A DNA stretch of 64,000 nt. Origin: Hydrolagus colliei. Lineage: Eukaryota. The DNA lies in NCBI GenBank assembly GCA_035084275.1, contig CM068743.1, positions 18,724,001 through 18,788,000 of the forward strand, read 5' to 3'. Numbering within the stretch: position 1 is the stretch's first letter; every line of letters begins with the position of its first letter. Shown here in pieces: positions 36,414 to 49,307 of the stretch. Both the position numbers and the translations under genes were made by a program. Below the pieces are notes generated by a model. That model searched no databases. It saw only the letters and a program-made list of their open reading frames with translations, and was not told the DNA's origin.

Positions 36414-37137
36414 ATGATGTATGCGTGTAGTCAGTAACAAGAGAATTGCATATGTTTCTGATGATGAAAACTGGCCTAATTCATGTCCCAGCATGCTGTA
36501 TGGGACAATAAGCTCAGAGAGCTTGGTGCAGGAGAAGACATGGGCTGCAGAGCTCTGGATAGCCTACAACGTATGTAAAGAAGAGCCAGGAAGTCTCGTG
36601 AGCATAGTATCGTACTGGATAAAAGTATGAATGAGTCTCAGCAGCCTGAGGGGAGAGGTCTATGAGTAGCTACTAAATGTTTCAGAGGTACAGCTAAGTG
36701 GATAATGGCATGGATATAGAGTTTGAAACACAGTTGGGAGCCATATAAGGCATGAGCTCCATTTTGCTGAATAATTCCACCCTCTAAAGTTGGACTCCAC
36801 TGTCACTCGGGCAATGACTGTTCGGAGTTAAACTTGGTTTCCATAGCAGCTTCACACCGAGTGGAGTGCATCCTCGAGTATGTTGTCCAGAATCCAGAAA
36901 GGTCTTCCTACCTTAGACCCTGAGCACAAACTGGTGCAACAAAAAAATCACAACAGAACGGGGTATTTAACAGTATCACATTATATGGCTTGCGCTATGA
37001 AGATGACTATGAGGCCATCCAGGGCAAACTCTAAGCAAGTCGGAAGGATTTATAAAAAAAAAAACCTTTGTAAGAGAGGAAGCACATGTGGTAGAACATT
37101 TGTGAAGACTCAAGCATCAAGTCTTAATACAATTATA

Positions 37138-37333
37138 CAGTACAAGCCCATTTATCCGAACCTGGCCAATGCCAGTTAAAGCGCCTGCCGGATATTCGGC
37201 CGAACACGCATTTATTTCAATGCATTTTTCCCAGATAAATTCCGATTAATCGAATGCGGACCTGTTTTTTTTTTGCAATTCCAGTTATATGGAAGTTACG
37301 GTTGATTGGGTGCCAGATAAAAGGCTTTTACTG
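37138..37333. mobile_element. MITE family B (short)
   Basis: TA|CAGTACAAGCCCATTTATCCG ... GATAAAAGGCTTTTACTG|TA. Confidence 0.88.
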
Positions 37334-37889
37334 TACAAACATTATATATTATACATTGTTTAAATGCCCAAACTTTCTGACAAACCATCTCTCCCCAAAT
37401 CCATAAACAGGAACATGTTTATTGATATCATCATCTTCCATATGTACAACTTCCTTCAAACCTGACCACAATTGAGTTGCACACCAATATAACTTCCAGT
37501 GGTTGCACTTGAAAGGAAACTAAACAGTTTTGCCACAAATTGAAACAGAAACCAACTAACCGTTAAAATATTAGAATGAAAGCCTTAGGGATGACACATA
37601 CACCACTGCACTTATTATAACATTATTAAATTTGGGTCTGTTTATAAAGACACTGTATTCCTTCAATTGCAGAGAATGGAGAAAAGCAACGGAATTCAGA
37701 AAATGGGAAATTCTGAAAAGAAATCTGAAAATGATTCTATCATTTGCTACAGCCTAAACAAATTAAGCAATTGCAATCGACAATTTGTTGCTAATAATTA
37801 GTTTGCTTTAAAAATGAGTGTATACTAATAATCCTTTATTATTCATTATAATAAGAAATTTTTAGGTAGAAATCTAAAATGTGGCTTTA

Positions 37890-38215
37890 TAATAAATAAT
37901 AATAAACCTTGCATTTGATATAGCAATCACATCTTTGAGACATCTGAAAATGCTTCACACAATATACTATAAATTGAATTGACGGCATATTTTGTGGGTG
38001 AAAGGTGGCAGTTAATTGTGCTCAGCAGTGTCCCACAAACAATTGTGGATTGAGTGACCAAATCATTTTTTTTTTTAAAAGGGACTATTACCCCAAGAAA
38101 AGTGATCCACTAATCGACTAACATCCAGGTTTGTACTTATTGCTAGCTAAACAGAGGCATGTGTGTGAATAAGCAAACTTGCTTAATGTTTTGCCCCACT
38201 AAGGAATCAAACCCA
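37890..38215 (-). mobile_element. tRNA-derived SINE, long variant
   Basis: Tail, core and GCCTCTGTTTAGCTAGCAATAAGTAC segment; its tail is repeated at 38341-38447. Confidence 0.85.
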
Positions 38216-39295
38216 TGCCCCAGTTATCTTAACATTTCAGAGCCATTGCCCTGAACGAGTTCAATTAACCGTTACTCTTTGGACTAAGTGAAGACAGTGA
38301 AGTTTCTTTGAATACAGAAATACAGACCCAATCGCACAAGAATAAACCTTGCATTTGATATAGCGCCTCATCACATCTTTGAGACATACCAAAATGCTTC
38401 GCACAATATGCTATAAATTGAATTGATGGCATATTTTGTGGGTAAAAAGCTTCATTCCTGCTTTCCCCCCCTCCGTGCACGAGATTCACTTGCCTTCCTG
38501 ATAAGACTGCAGTAACAGTATTATTTCCATTCACCAACTGGGACCTCCCAACTGCCAGCTCCTGCCGCTGTCCTGGGAAGATGTTCACCAGGGAGGATGG
38601 GAGCGGAAGTTAGAATGGGTTGTGATCCAGATAAAGCGATGGACCAGGGCTGGAGGCCAACTTCTATAAATGTAATTTTGTGTTGTTGATGCAGCCACTT
38701 GTTGGACCATGCTGGTTTATGACAACATCAGTGGTACAAAAATCAAACCTGGAAGAAGAAACTTGGAAACCTCCGTTCTGCAATTTTTAAATGAAGTAAG
38801 TGGCCTCTGAACTGGGAGCAAAATTCTACTTTCAAATAGGGCCTTTGTGATGAATCAGTTTGATCCATTTAGAAGCTACCTCCTCATGAGGCAAATTAGA
38901 TTGGGAGGGATTAAGTGTAGGAGTCATGGCTGATCACGAAGGATGAGCTGCCTACCACATTAAGAGCTGAGTCTGATCAAAAGACCTTCGTTCACAGAGT
39001 TCAACATCTTGACATGCTGTGCATGACAGAGATGCAATGAGCTGTGTGGCATAATAACGTACCTCTTCAGAAAATATGGTAACTTCATAGTTCCTGTTGT
39101 AGGATAATTGATTGACATCCATAGTAAGGAATTAAACAGTAATAGAGGAAGAACAGTAAGGGAAGAAAAACTGAACCACCCTCACCAGCTGTGCATCTAA
39201 TAGCATAACAGTTAATTCAAAATTCCATGGTAGAAGCTAAGGAACAGCCCTGTTTGACATATGGTATGTTACAGGGGAGTTCTGTCATTCAAATA

Positions 39296-39854
39296 CAGTA
39301 AAAGCCCATTTATCCGTGACCTGATCAACCACAACTTCCGTATAACCAGCACCTCAAAAAAAAGGTCCCCATTCGAATAACCGGATCTTATCCAGCACAA
39401 TCGCGGTGGCGCATTTAATGAGTCAATTGTCGCAAAAGAGTATAGTACAATTAGTTCTGAATGCTGTCGGTAGTGGCACTTCTGGTTTTTCATCTTAAAG
39501 CAGCGCTGTCAGTTTTCCTCTCCCTCTCTCCTTTTTCACTCTCTCCCTATCTCTTCCCCTTTCTTTCTTTCCCTCTCTCTCTGATGGATACTACATATTG
39601 CCTGTGTAACCTGACTGTATCGTGGGTTTATACACTGTTTAGTTGGGGGATGGGGTGGGAGAAGGCAGGCAGAGAGGGGGGGGGGGTGGGGGGTGGGGGG
39701 GTGGAGAAAGAGAGTGGAGTGGGAGGGGGAGAGAGAGAGAGAGGTGGGGGAGAGAGAGAGGTGGGGGAGAGAGAGAGGCAGAGAGTTGATTAACTTAGAT
39801 GGAAAATGAAAGGAGTGTAGGGGGGTTGGGTTTGGAGCCATTGAGATGCCAGAC

Positions 39855-39892
<38 letters not shown>

Positions 39893-40188
39893 AAAGAGAG
39901 AGAGAAGGAGGGAGAGAAAGAAAGAAAAAGAGGGAAAAAAAACACTTAAAGCCACTACTATCCGCCATTGTAGAAGTTTGCTTTGTGGTTGTGTGCTGTG
40001 TTTATAGACTGTAATAGATATTTATTACTTTATTGGTAAGTATCCATACAATATTATGTTATTATTTAGTCTATTATTAATATGGTATGTTTAAAAAAAG
40101 TTAACTTTTTTGCATTGTTTTTTTTTCTGAATATCCGGCTTGCCATTTAACCGGCATTGGCCAGGTCCGGATAAACGGGCTTTTACTG
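39296..40188. mobile_element. MITE family B (long form)
   Basis: TA|CAGTAAAAGCCCATTTATCCG ... CGGATAAACGGGCTTTTACTG|TA; internal CT-, G- and GA-rich tracts. Confidence 0.92.
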
Positions 40189-40359
40189 TACTCAAACTAT
40201 AACCGTTGTGTTACTCACTTATGGATACAATGCAACACATTGTTTTTTGAAGATGTTAAAAGGCAACACAACTTTTCCGCAGATTATGAAATGTATTTAG
40301 CTTCTCATTTGAATGATCCAACACATGCTCCTTACAAATACATAAAAATGTTTGCCACA

Positions 40360-40642
40360 GCCTGGATAGCACTCTCGCTTCCGAGTCAGATGGTTGTGGG
40401 TTCAAACCCGAAGTCAGGACTTGGAAGTCACATAATGCTGTCTTTCAGATGAGACATTAAATCGGGGCCCCCTCTGCTATTCAAGTGTATGTTAAAGATC
40501 CCACAGCACGTTGCTGTGTACCAAACTGTACGCTGCATTGGCCGACAATACACAGTGATTACATTATTGAGTATATCCTGTGAGAACTTTGGGATGTCCT
40601 CCTAATGAGAAACGCACTATAGCTAATGTAAGAATTATTATT
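40360..40642 (+). mobile_element. Older Deu-type SINE (SacSINE1-like)
   Basis: TAGCACTCTCGCTTCCGAGTCAGATGGTTGTGGGTTCAAACCC..GTCTTTCAGATGAGACATTAAA..AAAGATCCCACAGCAC..L2 tail. Confidence 0.8.
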
Positions 40643-42950
40643 AATAGAAGTAAATACTTGCATAATAGCCAATAACTGTTTTTGCCTGCGCATCTTCGTT
40701 CTCCTGTGCAATTCAGATTGTACTTTTGTGATTAAGTGGGGTTTTGTTTGTCAAGAAGAATAATAGGAAACCTAAACCAACTGGTACGGCAGATAGTGAG
40801 AGACGGGAATTGTAGCGTGGCTCCTGCAGGGGAAAGTGGGAGATGTAGTTCCATTTATGTGGAATGGTGGCTCACAGAAAGTGGATGTGTTTATTAAGTC
40901 AATTTTCTTTTAAAGAGCACAGAGTGAAAATGTACAGCGTTTGATAACTGGCAGGAGGCTATCATTATTTTTGATCAATGGGATTTCTTCTGGGGGTTCC
41001 TTGAAATTTACAGTATAAAATAGTATTTAATAAATAGTCTATAGTTATGTCATTTGTAGCTTTTGACCCTACCTTTGTCGAGTAGAAATTTCTAGAGGTA
41101 GAAATCTAAAATGTAGGTTTGTCAATGGTATTAGATCGATAAAGTGAAGCCTCATTGCATCTCTGCCAAACATGCTGCCTGGCTGGCTGCCGGCTTTCAC
41201 TCTTCACACTAAACAAAGGAACAACTTCTAGGTCAATGGATCAAATTTTAAATAAAAATTACAGTAAGTTGATCATCTTAAGTATTCGAGCATGGGAAGC
41301 GAGCAGGCTGGCTCAACACATATTCGCATTGCAAAGCAGTATGTTATTGCAGGGCCTCACTGAAGCAGATAGCGGTAAACAATTGCTTTTTGGTGCAGTT
41401 ATAAATAATATGATTTTTTTTGAAAAATCCATTTGCAGTATCCTCGATCAAAGTCACATTAGCTGCAAATCTTTTCCATTTACCAGCTGGGTGTATGTGT
41501 CTCTTGGGGACAAGAGGAGGACATTTCCTACCACCATCATTCCGGCTGCCACAGAGGGGAAAAGAGGGATTTGTACATGTAATCAATTCTATTTGCAAAT
41601 AAAAAAATCTTGAGTCTGGAAATACCATATTACAATACAAGAATACATGTCAACCTCTACGGTGGCCCCCGTTTACCATCTCAAACTCTTTGTAGTTACA
41701 ATGAATGATGGCACCCTAATAAAATTAGCCTAATCAAAGTGATAATGGGTTTTCAAAATATTAAAAGAATATTTAGAATATTATTTATTCTATATATTAT
41801 TATATTATCTATATATTATATATTATCCATATATATTATTATTTTATATATTATTCTATATATAAAAAATTCGAATATTCTCCCAACTGCTGGGATATCA
41901 CGTCACATCAGCCATTCTTTAACTTTCCCATTGTTATTTTCTCTCTCCTTCTCTTAAATCCCCCATCTAACAGCTCACCAAAACAAAAGTAAAAAGATGC
42001 TGCACATTGCGAAATTCTGAGCATACACAATCATATTTTACAATGCTCATCCATGTAAAGCTACATTTGTACGTTCGTTCGTAAATACATTTAATTTTTT
42101 AACTAATTTAGGAAAGAAAAAATCACCTGATATTCAGGATAATAGTCATTTTGCAATGTCTATAATGAAAATATTATCGTGGGTGGTAATGCTCGGCCAG
42201 ATAATTAATCCTGTGGACAAAACAATTTAAATTCCCAATTTTTAAGCCTTAGGATCAGGAAACAAATTGCTGAGACAAATATTAAAGCATGTTCAATTCA
42301 AAATCCACCAACAAAAGGTCAGCCACAAACTGGCCTAAAATAAAAGACTCATACATCACAAATGTACATATCTTCCAGGGAAAGGGATTAGGGGTGGGAT
42401 GTGGAGAAAAAAAGGTTTATGCTTAGTGAACATTTACTTTGTAACCAGCTCAGCAGGCTTCATCATTAACAAAATAATTTTAGCAAAAAAAACACTGCAT
42501 TTCATTGCTACAACCTCCAGCATGCCAAATTGCAATGGTTGAAGATGATCATCAGTTAAGTACAAAACATGAAAAAATATAGTATTTTAAAATAGAAATT
42601 CAGGCAGGCCCGGAGATCTAGCTTTTCCAATTCAGTATTTAAAATTTATTTCCATGTGTTAATTGTCTTGCCCCAATAGTTAATAGGTAATCAGTCAACC
42701 CAGTTGCATATAAATATTATGCAAATATATGTAAATTAATGCTTACTTTCAAACACCCAGTTTTACAGCAAGGCAGCTGTCAGCATCTTTTACCAAATTT
42801 GCATGTATCTCTGAAGGCTGGCATCCGAAGCAGCTCCCGTGTGTGCTTCAATTTCCTCTTCAGTAGCATCGGTATATTTACAGATTTTAAACAGTGTTTA
42901 GGAAAGTTTTACAAATCATTCATATTTTAATCGATGCATTAACATCTGAG

Positions 42951-43724
42951 AGATGGAAAATGAAAGGAGTGAAGCGGGGTTGGAGTTGGAGCCATTGAGA
43001 TGCCAGACTGAGTGTGTGTATGTGAGTGAAAGAGAGAGGGAAGGAGGAAGAAAGAAAAAGAGAGGAAAAAAAGTCAGTATCGCTTTAAGGCACTACTGTC
43101 CACCATTGCAGAAGTTAGGATAGGACATACAGCAATTTGTATTCATGTGTTCACTGAAATATGACTATTTTTTACTATAGTCTTCTATCTCTCCCCCTTT
43201 TTTCCTATCTCTCCCCCCCTCTCTATCTATTTCTTTCTTTTTCTCTCTCTTTCTTTCCCTAACGGATACTACATTGCTTGTGTAGCCTGACTGTATCCGG
43301 GCTTATACACTATTTTAGTGGGGAGTGGGGTGGGAGAAGAAGAGAGGCAGGGAGAGAGAGGGTGGGGGGGGGGGGGGGGAAAGAGAGGGAAAGAGGGGTG
43401 GAGCGAAAGAGAGTGGGGGGAGAGAGAGAGATGGGGGAGAGGAGGGGAGAGAGAGGGGTTAGTTGATTAATTTAGATGGAAAATGAAAGGAGTGAAGCGG
43501 GGTTGGAGTTGGAGCCATTGAGATGCCAGACTGAGTGTGTGTATGTGAGTGAAAGAGAGAGGGAAGGAGGAAGAAAGAAAAAGAGAGGAAAAAAAGTCAG
43601 TATCGCTTTAAGGCACTACTGTCCACCATTGCAGAAGAGAAGATAGGACATATCCTCTCTTATGGGAGAGGAGAGGATAGCAATTTGTATTCATGTGTTC
43701 ACTGAAATATGACTATTTTTTACT
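42951..43724 (+). repeat. Two TIR-less internal fragments of the family-B MITE at 48144-49227, plus duplicated flank
   Basis: 42951-43116 = 48831-48996; 43181-43637 matches 48531-48994 apart from G-run lengths; about 46 bp of unique flank occurs at 43131-43176 and 43679-43724. Confidence 0.9.
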
Positions 43725-44227
43725 TTTCGTAAGACAAAATAAGAGTCAACTGCTTAATCTTATCCAATCCACTGAAGTGTGTGTATACATAACAGTGGAT
43801 TTCATATACAAGTTTCCTCAGATTCCAATAATAATCAACCTTGTATTTGATATAGCACCTTATCAAGAAGTTCAGATGTCTCAAAGCACTTCACAGAATA
43901 TACTGTAAAGTGGATTGACTTGTATGCACAAATCAGTAAAAACTTGTGCTTTTTCTCATACTAATCAATGCACATAACTGCAATTACACATTAATAAAAT
44001 CTACAATATTGGGAATCATTGTAAAGTTTGAATGAAGTATTTATAAGAAGATGAACATGAATGAAAAGATGAGAGAAAAGTAAGATCCTTAAGGTCATCT
44101 TCAACTAATGCCAGACCACAATCGAGACCTATAGACACTCGTCTTTACCTCTATCACCAACACCTGAATGCAATATACTGTAATTAGGAAAAGTAGTCGA
44201 ATGATCACTTGAACATGTGCCTAAAAC

Positions 44228-44965
44228 TACAACAACAACAAAATTACATTTCTATAGCGCCTTTCACATCAGGAGGATGTCTCAAGGCGCTGGACAGTCA
44301 GTATTTCAGACCCCGGCTAGGGTCGGGATCAAGGAAGGAAAGGTTGGGATTTGGGGTGACCGATGGGACAGTCGAAGAGGAGGAATTTGAGGCAATACAG
44401 GAGGCGAGGCAGAGGGATTGCGGGATGGAATTCCAGAGGTTAGGGGTAGAGTGTCTGACGGCTCGCCTGCCAACGGTGAGGTGGGTGGATCGAGGGACAT
44501 GGAGCAGGCCAGAGCCCGCTGAGCGGAGGGAGTGGGTAGGTTGATAGGGGGTCGCAAAGGCAGGATGGGGCGAGGCCATGGAGGGCTTTGAAGGTGAGGA
44601 CCAGGATCTTGAATTGAATCCTCTGCGTGGTGAGGAGCCAATGGAGTTGGACGTGAATGGGGGAGATGGGTTGCAGAGCTTGGAGAGATGGAGGACATGG
44701 GCTGCAGAGTTCTGAATGATCTGCAGCTTATGGAGGGAGGAATTGGGAAAGCTGACAAGCATAGTCGAATTGTCATAGTTGAATCTGGATGTGATGAAGG
44801 CATAAATGGGGGTTTCTACCTTACTCTGAGGAGTAAGGTCATGGCGGAGTCGGGCAATGTGCGTAGGTGAGGGAAGGCTGAGTGGGTCATGGCTTGGATG
44901 TGGGGGAAGGAAAGCCAGTTGAGGATCGAACAAGACACCTAGCTTGGTGACTTGGTGAAGTAGAG
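44228..44965 (-). mobile_element. L2 LINE 3' fragment
   Basis: LGVLFDPQL, AFITSRFNYDNS, KLQIIQNSAAHVL, NLWNSIPQSL; L2 tail. Confidence 0.92.
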
Positions 44966-45016
44966 CTTCTATATCAGTGTAGGATGGCATCTGAACTAGT
45001 ATTTAAAGTATGCATA

Positions 45017-45872
45017 CAGGTATCCCGTCCCAACTGCAGCCTCGCCAACCACGAAACTCACGCATCCATAGTTTGCTAAGTGCGACAACACTCACAAACC
45101 GCATTTTGCGCATCCGCGGTTTAAATTTTCAAGTTTCACTCCTCCAAACAAGCGACCGCATTCATCCACGTGTTGATGTGTATTCATCCACTCTGCGTTT
45201 CCCACCTATCAGCATCTTTACTACCCCACGTGGTCTAGCTGCACTTGTGGATCTACAGGTACTGTGTGTGTGGTAACAGCTAGCGTATAGCACTTGGACC
45301 CAGTTCTCGCTTCTCTCTTAGGATTAAGGTAAATACAGTAACATGAATGTTTTGTCGCTTCTTCGCAGCCTAGCTAGTAAGTTTGGGAGCAGTGGCTGCC
45401 AGGATCTGCAGATCTCTCTCTAAGTTCTCTTCAACCCCCCCCCACCCCCACGCCCCTCCTCTCTCACCTTCTCCCGCTCCCCCAGGCCTCCGTGTCACCC
45501 CACCAGCCCTCCGCGTCACCCCCCCCCCCTCCCCCCCTCACCACCCACCCTCCGTGTCTCTCTCTCTGTAGCGGATTGCTGCAGATCCTGGCAACCAATG
45601 CGCCCTAACTTATTAGCTAGGCTGGGGAGAAGCCACAAAACATTCATGTTACTGTATTTACCTTAATCCTAAATTTAGTTTTACTAAACGTGAACTTACT
45701 TCCCCTATCCCCATGTTTCGCATAGGGCCCTGCATTTCCCAACTGTGAAAAAGTAAACTTACTCCCCGTATCTCCGTGTTTCCCATAGGGCCCTGCATTT
45801 TCCAACCGTGATTTTTCCAACCACGAAGGTTTACAGGAACATATCTACCCCCGCGGTTGGGGAGGGATATCT
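45017..45872. mobile_element. pogo/Tigger-type MITE (family C) with internal inverted repeat
   Basis: TA|CAGGTATCCCGTCCCAAC ... GCGGTTGGGGAGGGATATCT|TA. Confidence 0.88.
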
Positions 45873-46084
45873 TATTTATAAAAATTTGTATGCAAACTTT
45901 TTAATACTCAAACTATTTTGCCTTGCATTTTATTAAATTTGTTCCTAAGATTCTGCCATGCACGTTTTAGAAAACAGGTCATAAGTTTTAGAAAATTCTG
46001 TACGGCCTAATGGAAATCTCAAAGTGCTTCACAATAATTAGTGACTTTTATAACTAAATGCTACAGCCATTTTGAACCCACCAA

Positions 46085-46410
46085 AATCTCACAAAATGGA
46101 AATTAATTTGGAAGATTGGTGACCAGGACATTCGCTTCCCCTTTCAAACACTATAAGGGTCTTTAATATCAAAATGAAAAAGACATTTGATTTAACATTT
46201 GATGCAGAGGACAGTATCTCCAACCTTGCGTCTTGGGATGTCCTCCCGACATGAAAGGCGCGCTATAATGTACCGGTAATTTTATTGTTGTTGTCGTTGC
46301 AGCAAGCAAGCCCCCAGTATTTCACTGCAGTCAGCCTAGAAAATGTGCTCAAGTCTCAACATGGAGCATGAATCCACAATCTTCTTACCTGTTAGCCACT
46401 GAGCCAAGAT
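46085..46410 (-). mobile_element. Older Deu-type SINE with a nested plus-strand L2 tail (about 46225-46297)
   Basis: CAGCCTAGAAAATGTGCTCAAGTCTC..AATCCACAATCTTCT..CCACTGAGCCA antisense head. Confidence 0.65.
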
Positions 46411-48143
46411 GACATTTATCAGTTCACACCAAACTATGTATGTGTAACTACACATTTGACACAACTACTGCCTTTACATCTGTGTAGCGTGGTATCTGAA
46501 CATAATGTGCCCACATGGAACCACACGTTAACACTTATGCGGGGCCACTCAAGCTGTGAGTTACCAATTATGATTAATTTATGAATAGAAGTATCTGCTT
46601 TGCTAGATTAGTGCTTCCATTGAGACTCTGCACTTGTGCTAATAATGTAGGCAAATTAAAATATTAGCATTATAAAAACACTCTGCAACCATTATTCCAT
46701 GTTGCTGGATTATTAGCTATTTATGGTTGTCACTTGGTTTTCTACAAAGTATCTAAATCTACAAATTGATCTAAATTTCATTTTAAATCTACCAAGTTTG
46801 AAACTGCTGCACCCATACATCCTTGGAGAATAATTGTAAGAGATTGATTTGGTTCATTAAAACGTTCAGTGAACAAAAATAAAAGGTGCCTGAAAAGATC
46901 AGCAGCATCTGACTTGATTAAATATTGCTTCACAGAAATACAACTACTTTGAACAGTTGAAAACCTGGTGAATTGTATTAAGATTCAATGGTCAGCATCC
47001 ACAATCCTTGCATCTGGGAATGTAAATTATAATTATCATTGAGTTTAACAAAAGTAAAAAGTATCAACACTCAAATGTGTATTCAATGTCACTCCACTGG
47101 TTTTCCAGCTATGCAAGCGATGGGATTAAAATAGACTTTTCCACAAGACTTCACTTTCACATACCAAGTGTCATTTAATAAATTGTCAGGCATATACCTA
47201 AACCCTTCCTTGAATAAACTTTGCTCTCGACTACCGTACCACATTTCCATTAAACTGCAGAAAAAGTACCAGAAAGGCTTTATCATATTTAATATTTTCA
47301 ACAGCATTGAAACTAGCTAAACATAACAGAAGTAAACATTGATACATAACAACAGAAGTAGCCTCAAGTCATGCAGTTCGTCTGTGGAAACCCCAAGTCT
47401 ATGGTTAATTTAAAAACAAACAAAAGTGTAATAAACTTGTCTAGTCCAAGAAAATGTCAACACATTACTTATTTCAAAATAAAATTCACACACTACAGAA
47501 AAACAATCCACAGCAAGCAGTGTATTTGTACCATATATGTAATGGTAAACATAAAGCAGAGTTTTAATTAAGAATCTGCCTCTTTGAATCAGCTATTAAA
47601 TGGATAAGCTTTCTGACCCATTACAGGAACTGAGGTTATGTTTATGTGATACTATTTTTTTAAAAAACATCAGAGCATCTCTAAGTAATAGGTCGATAAA
47701 AGTGAATCACCAATTAATTATGCATTTGTAAATATACTGAGAAAACTGTGTAGTTGGAATCGTAAGGACAAAACCCACTTAATATGTTCAGCTCCACTCA
47801 CCAGTTTCAAAAGATCCACATCATAGCAAGTTGATGGAACAAATTAATTTGCAAAAGTAAGCAATTTTCAAAAATTATTCTAGCAGTCGAAGCAATTAAA
47901 AATGATTAGTAGTTAAGAGCCACGAATAGCCAAGTCATTGACTCCCAGTAATGCCAGATTATAGTGAAGGGCTGAGGGAAATTCCTCATGCCTCTAAATA
48001 TAGCAACTTGAAAGAAACTCCCATTATAAAACCACAGTGAAACTTTCCACATTTAACAGCAAAAGTAATCTCAACTGAAGTTATTTTGTTTAAAAAAACT
48101 AAACTATTGTTACATTCGAGTTAAAACTTCCACTTTCCAAATA

Positions 48144-49227
48144 CAATAAAAGCCTGTTTATCCGTGACCCAATCAACCGTAACTTCCATATAATCAGCAC
48201 CTCAAAAAAAAGGTCCCATTCGAATAACCAGACCTTATCTGGCAAAATCGCAGTGGCGCATTTAATGAGTTGATTGTCGCACAAGAGTACAGTATGATTA
48301 GTTCTGAATGCTGCCGGTAGTGGCACTTCCGATTTTTCTTCTTAAAGCCGCACTNNNNNNNNNNNNNNNNNNNNNNNNNNNNNNNNNNNNNNNNNNNNNN
48401 NNNNNNNNNNNNNNNNNNNNNNNNNNNNNNNNNNNNNNNNNNNNNNNNNNNNNNNNNNNNNNNNNNNNNNNNNNNNNNNNNNNNNTTCCTTTTTCTCCCT
48501 CTCCTTCCTTCCTCTCTATCTCTCCCCCTCTCTTCTATCTCTCCCCCTTTTTTCCTATCTCTCCCCCCCTCTCTATCTATTTCTTTCTTTTTCTCTCTCT
48601 TTCTTTCCCTAACGGATACTACATTGCTTGTGTAGCCTGACTGTATCCGGGCTTATACACTATTTTAGTGGGGAGTGGGGTGGGAGAAGAAGAGAGGCAG
48701 GGAGAGAGAGGGTGGGGGGGGGGGGGGGGGGGGGGGAAAGAGAGGGAAAGAGGGGTGGAGCGAAAGAGAGTGGGGGGGGAGAGAGAGATGGGGGAGAGGA
48801 GGGGAGAGAGAGGGGTTAGTTGATTAATTTAGATGGAAAATGAAAGGAGTGAAGCGGGGTTGGAGTTGGAGCCATTGAGATGCCAGACTGAGTGTGTGTA
48901 TGTGAGTGAAAGAGAGAGGGAAGGAGGAAGAAAGAAAAAGAGAGGAAAAAAAGTCAGTATCGCTTTAAGGCACTACTGTCCACCATTGCAGAAGTTTGCT
49001 TTGTGATTGTGTGCTGTGTTTATAGACTGTAATCAATATTTATTGCTGTATTGGTAAGTATCTATACAATATTCTGTTATTATTTAGTCTATTATCAATG
49101 ATACATTTAAAAATAAGTTATTTTTTTGTGTGTTGGGTTTTTGGCAGCTTGCTGCCTGAATGTCCGGCATGCCGTTTAAACAGCACTGGCCAGGTCCCGA
49201 GGGTGCCGGATAAATGGGCTTTTATTG
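48144..49227. mobile_element. MITE family B (long form), spans the assembly gap
   Basis: TA|CAATAAAAGCCTGTTTATCCG ... CGGATAAATGGGCTTTTATTG|TA; colinear with 39296-40188. Confidence 0.9.
48355..48485. other. Assembly gap (131 N)
   Basis: Run of N at the position of the CT-rich tract in the paralogous MITE. Confidence 1.
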
Positions 49228-49307
49228 TATGTTTATCATTGTTAGATTACAATGGAAAGCAAAATAATCTCACATCTGTCAGCAACAGTTTAGAGGTTTC
49301 TGAGAAC

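Noticed and set aside
35841-36494. 217-aa ORF (and 230 aa at 44298, 283 aa at 61494) as host genes
   Set aside because: 5'-truncated L2 ORF2 C-termini lacking the RT core and endonuclease; starts are fortuitous
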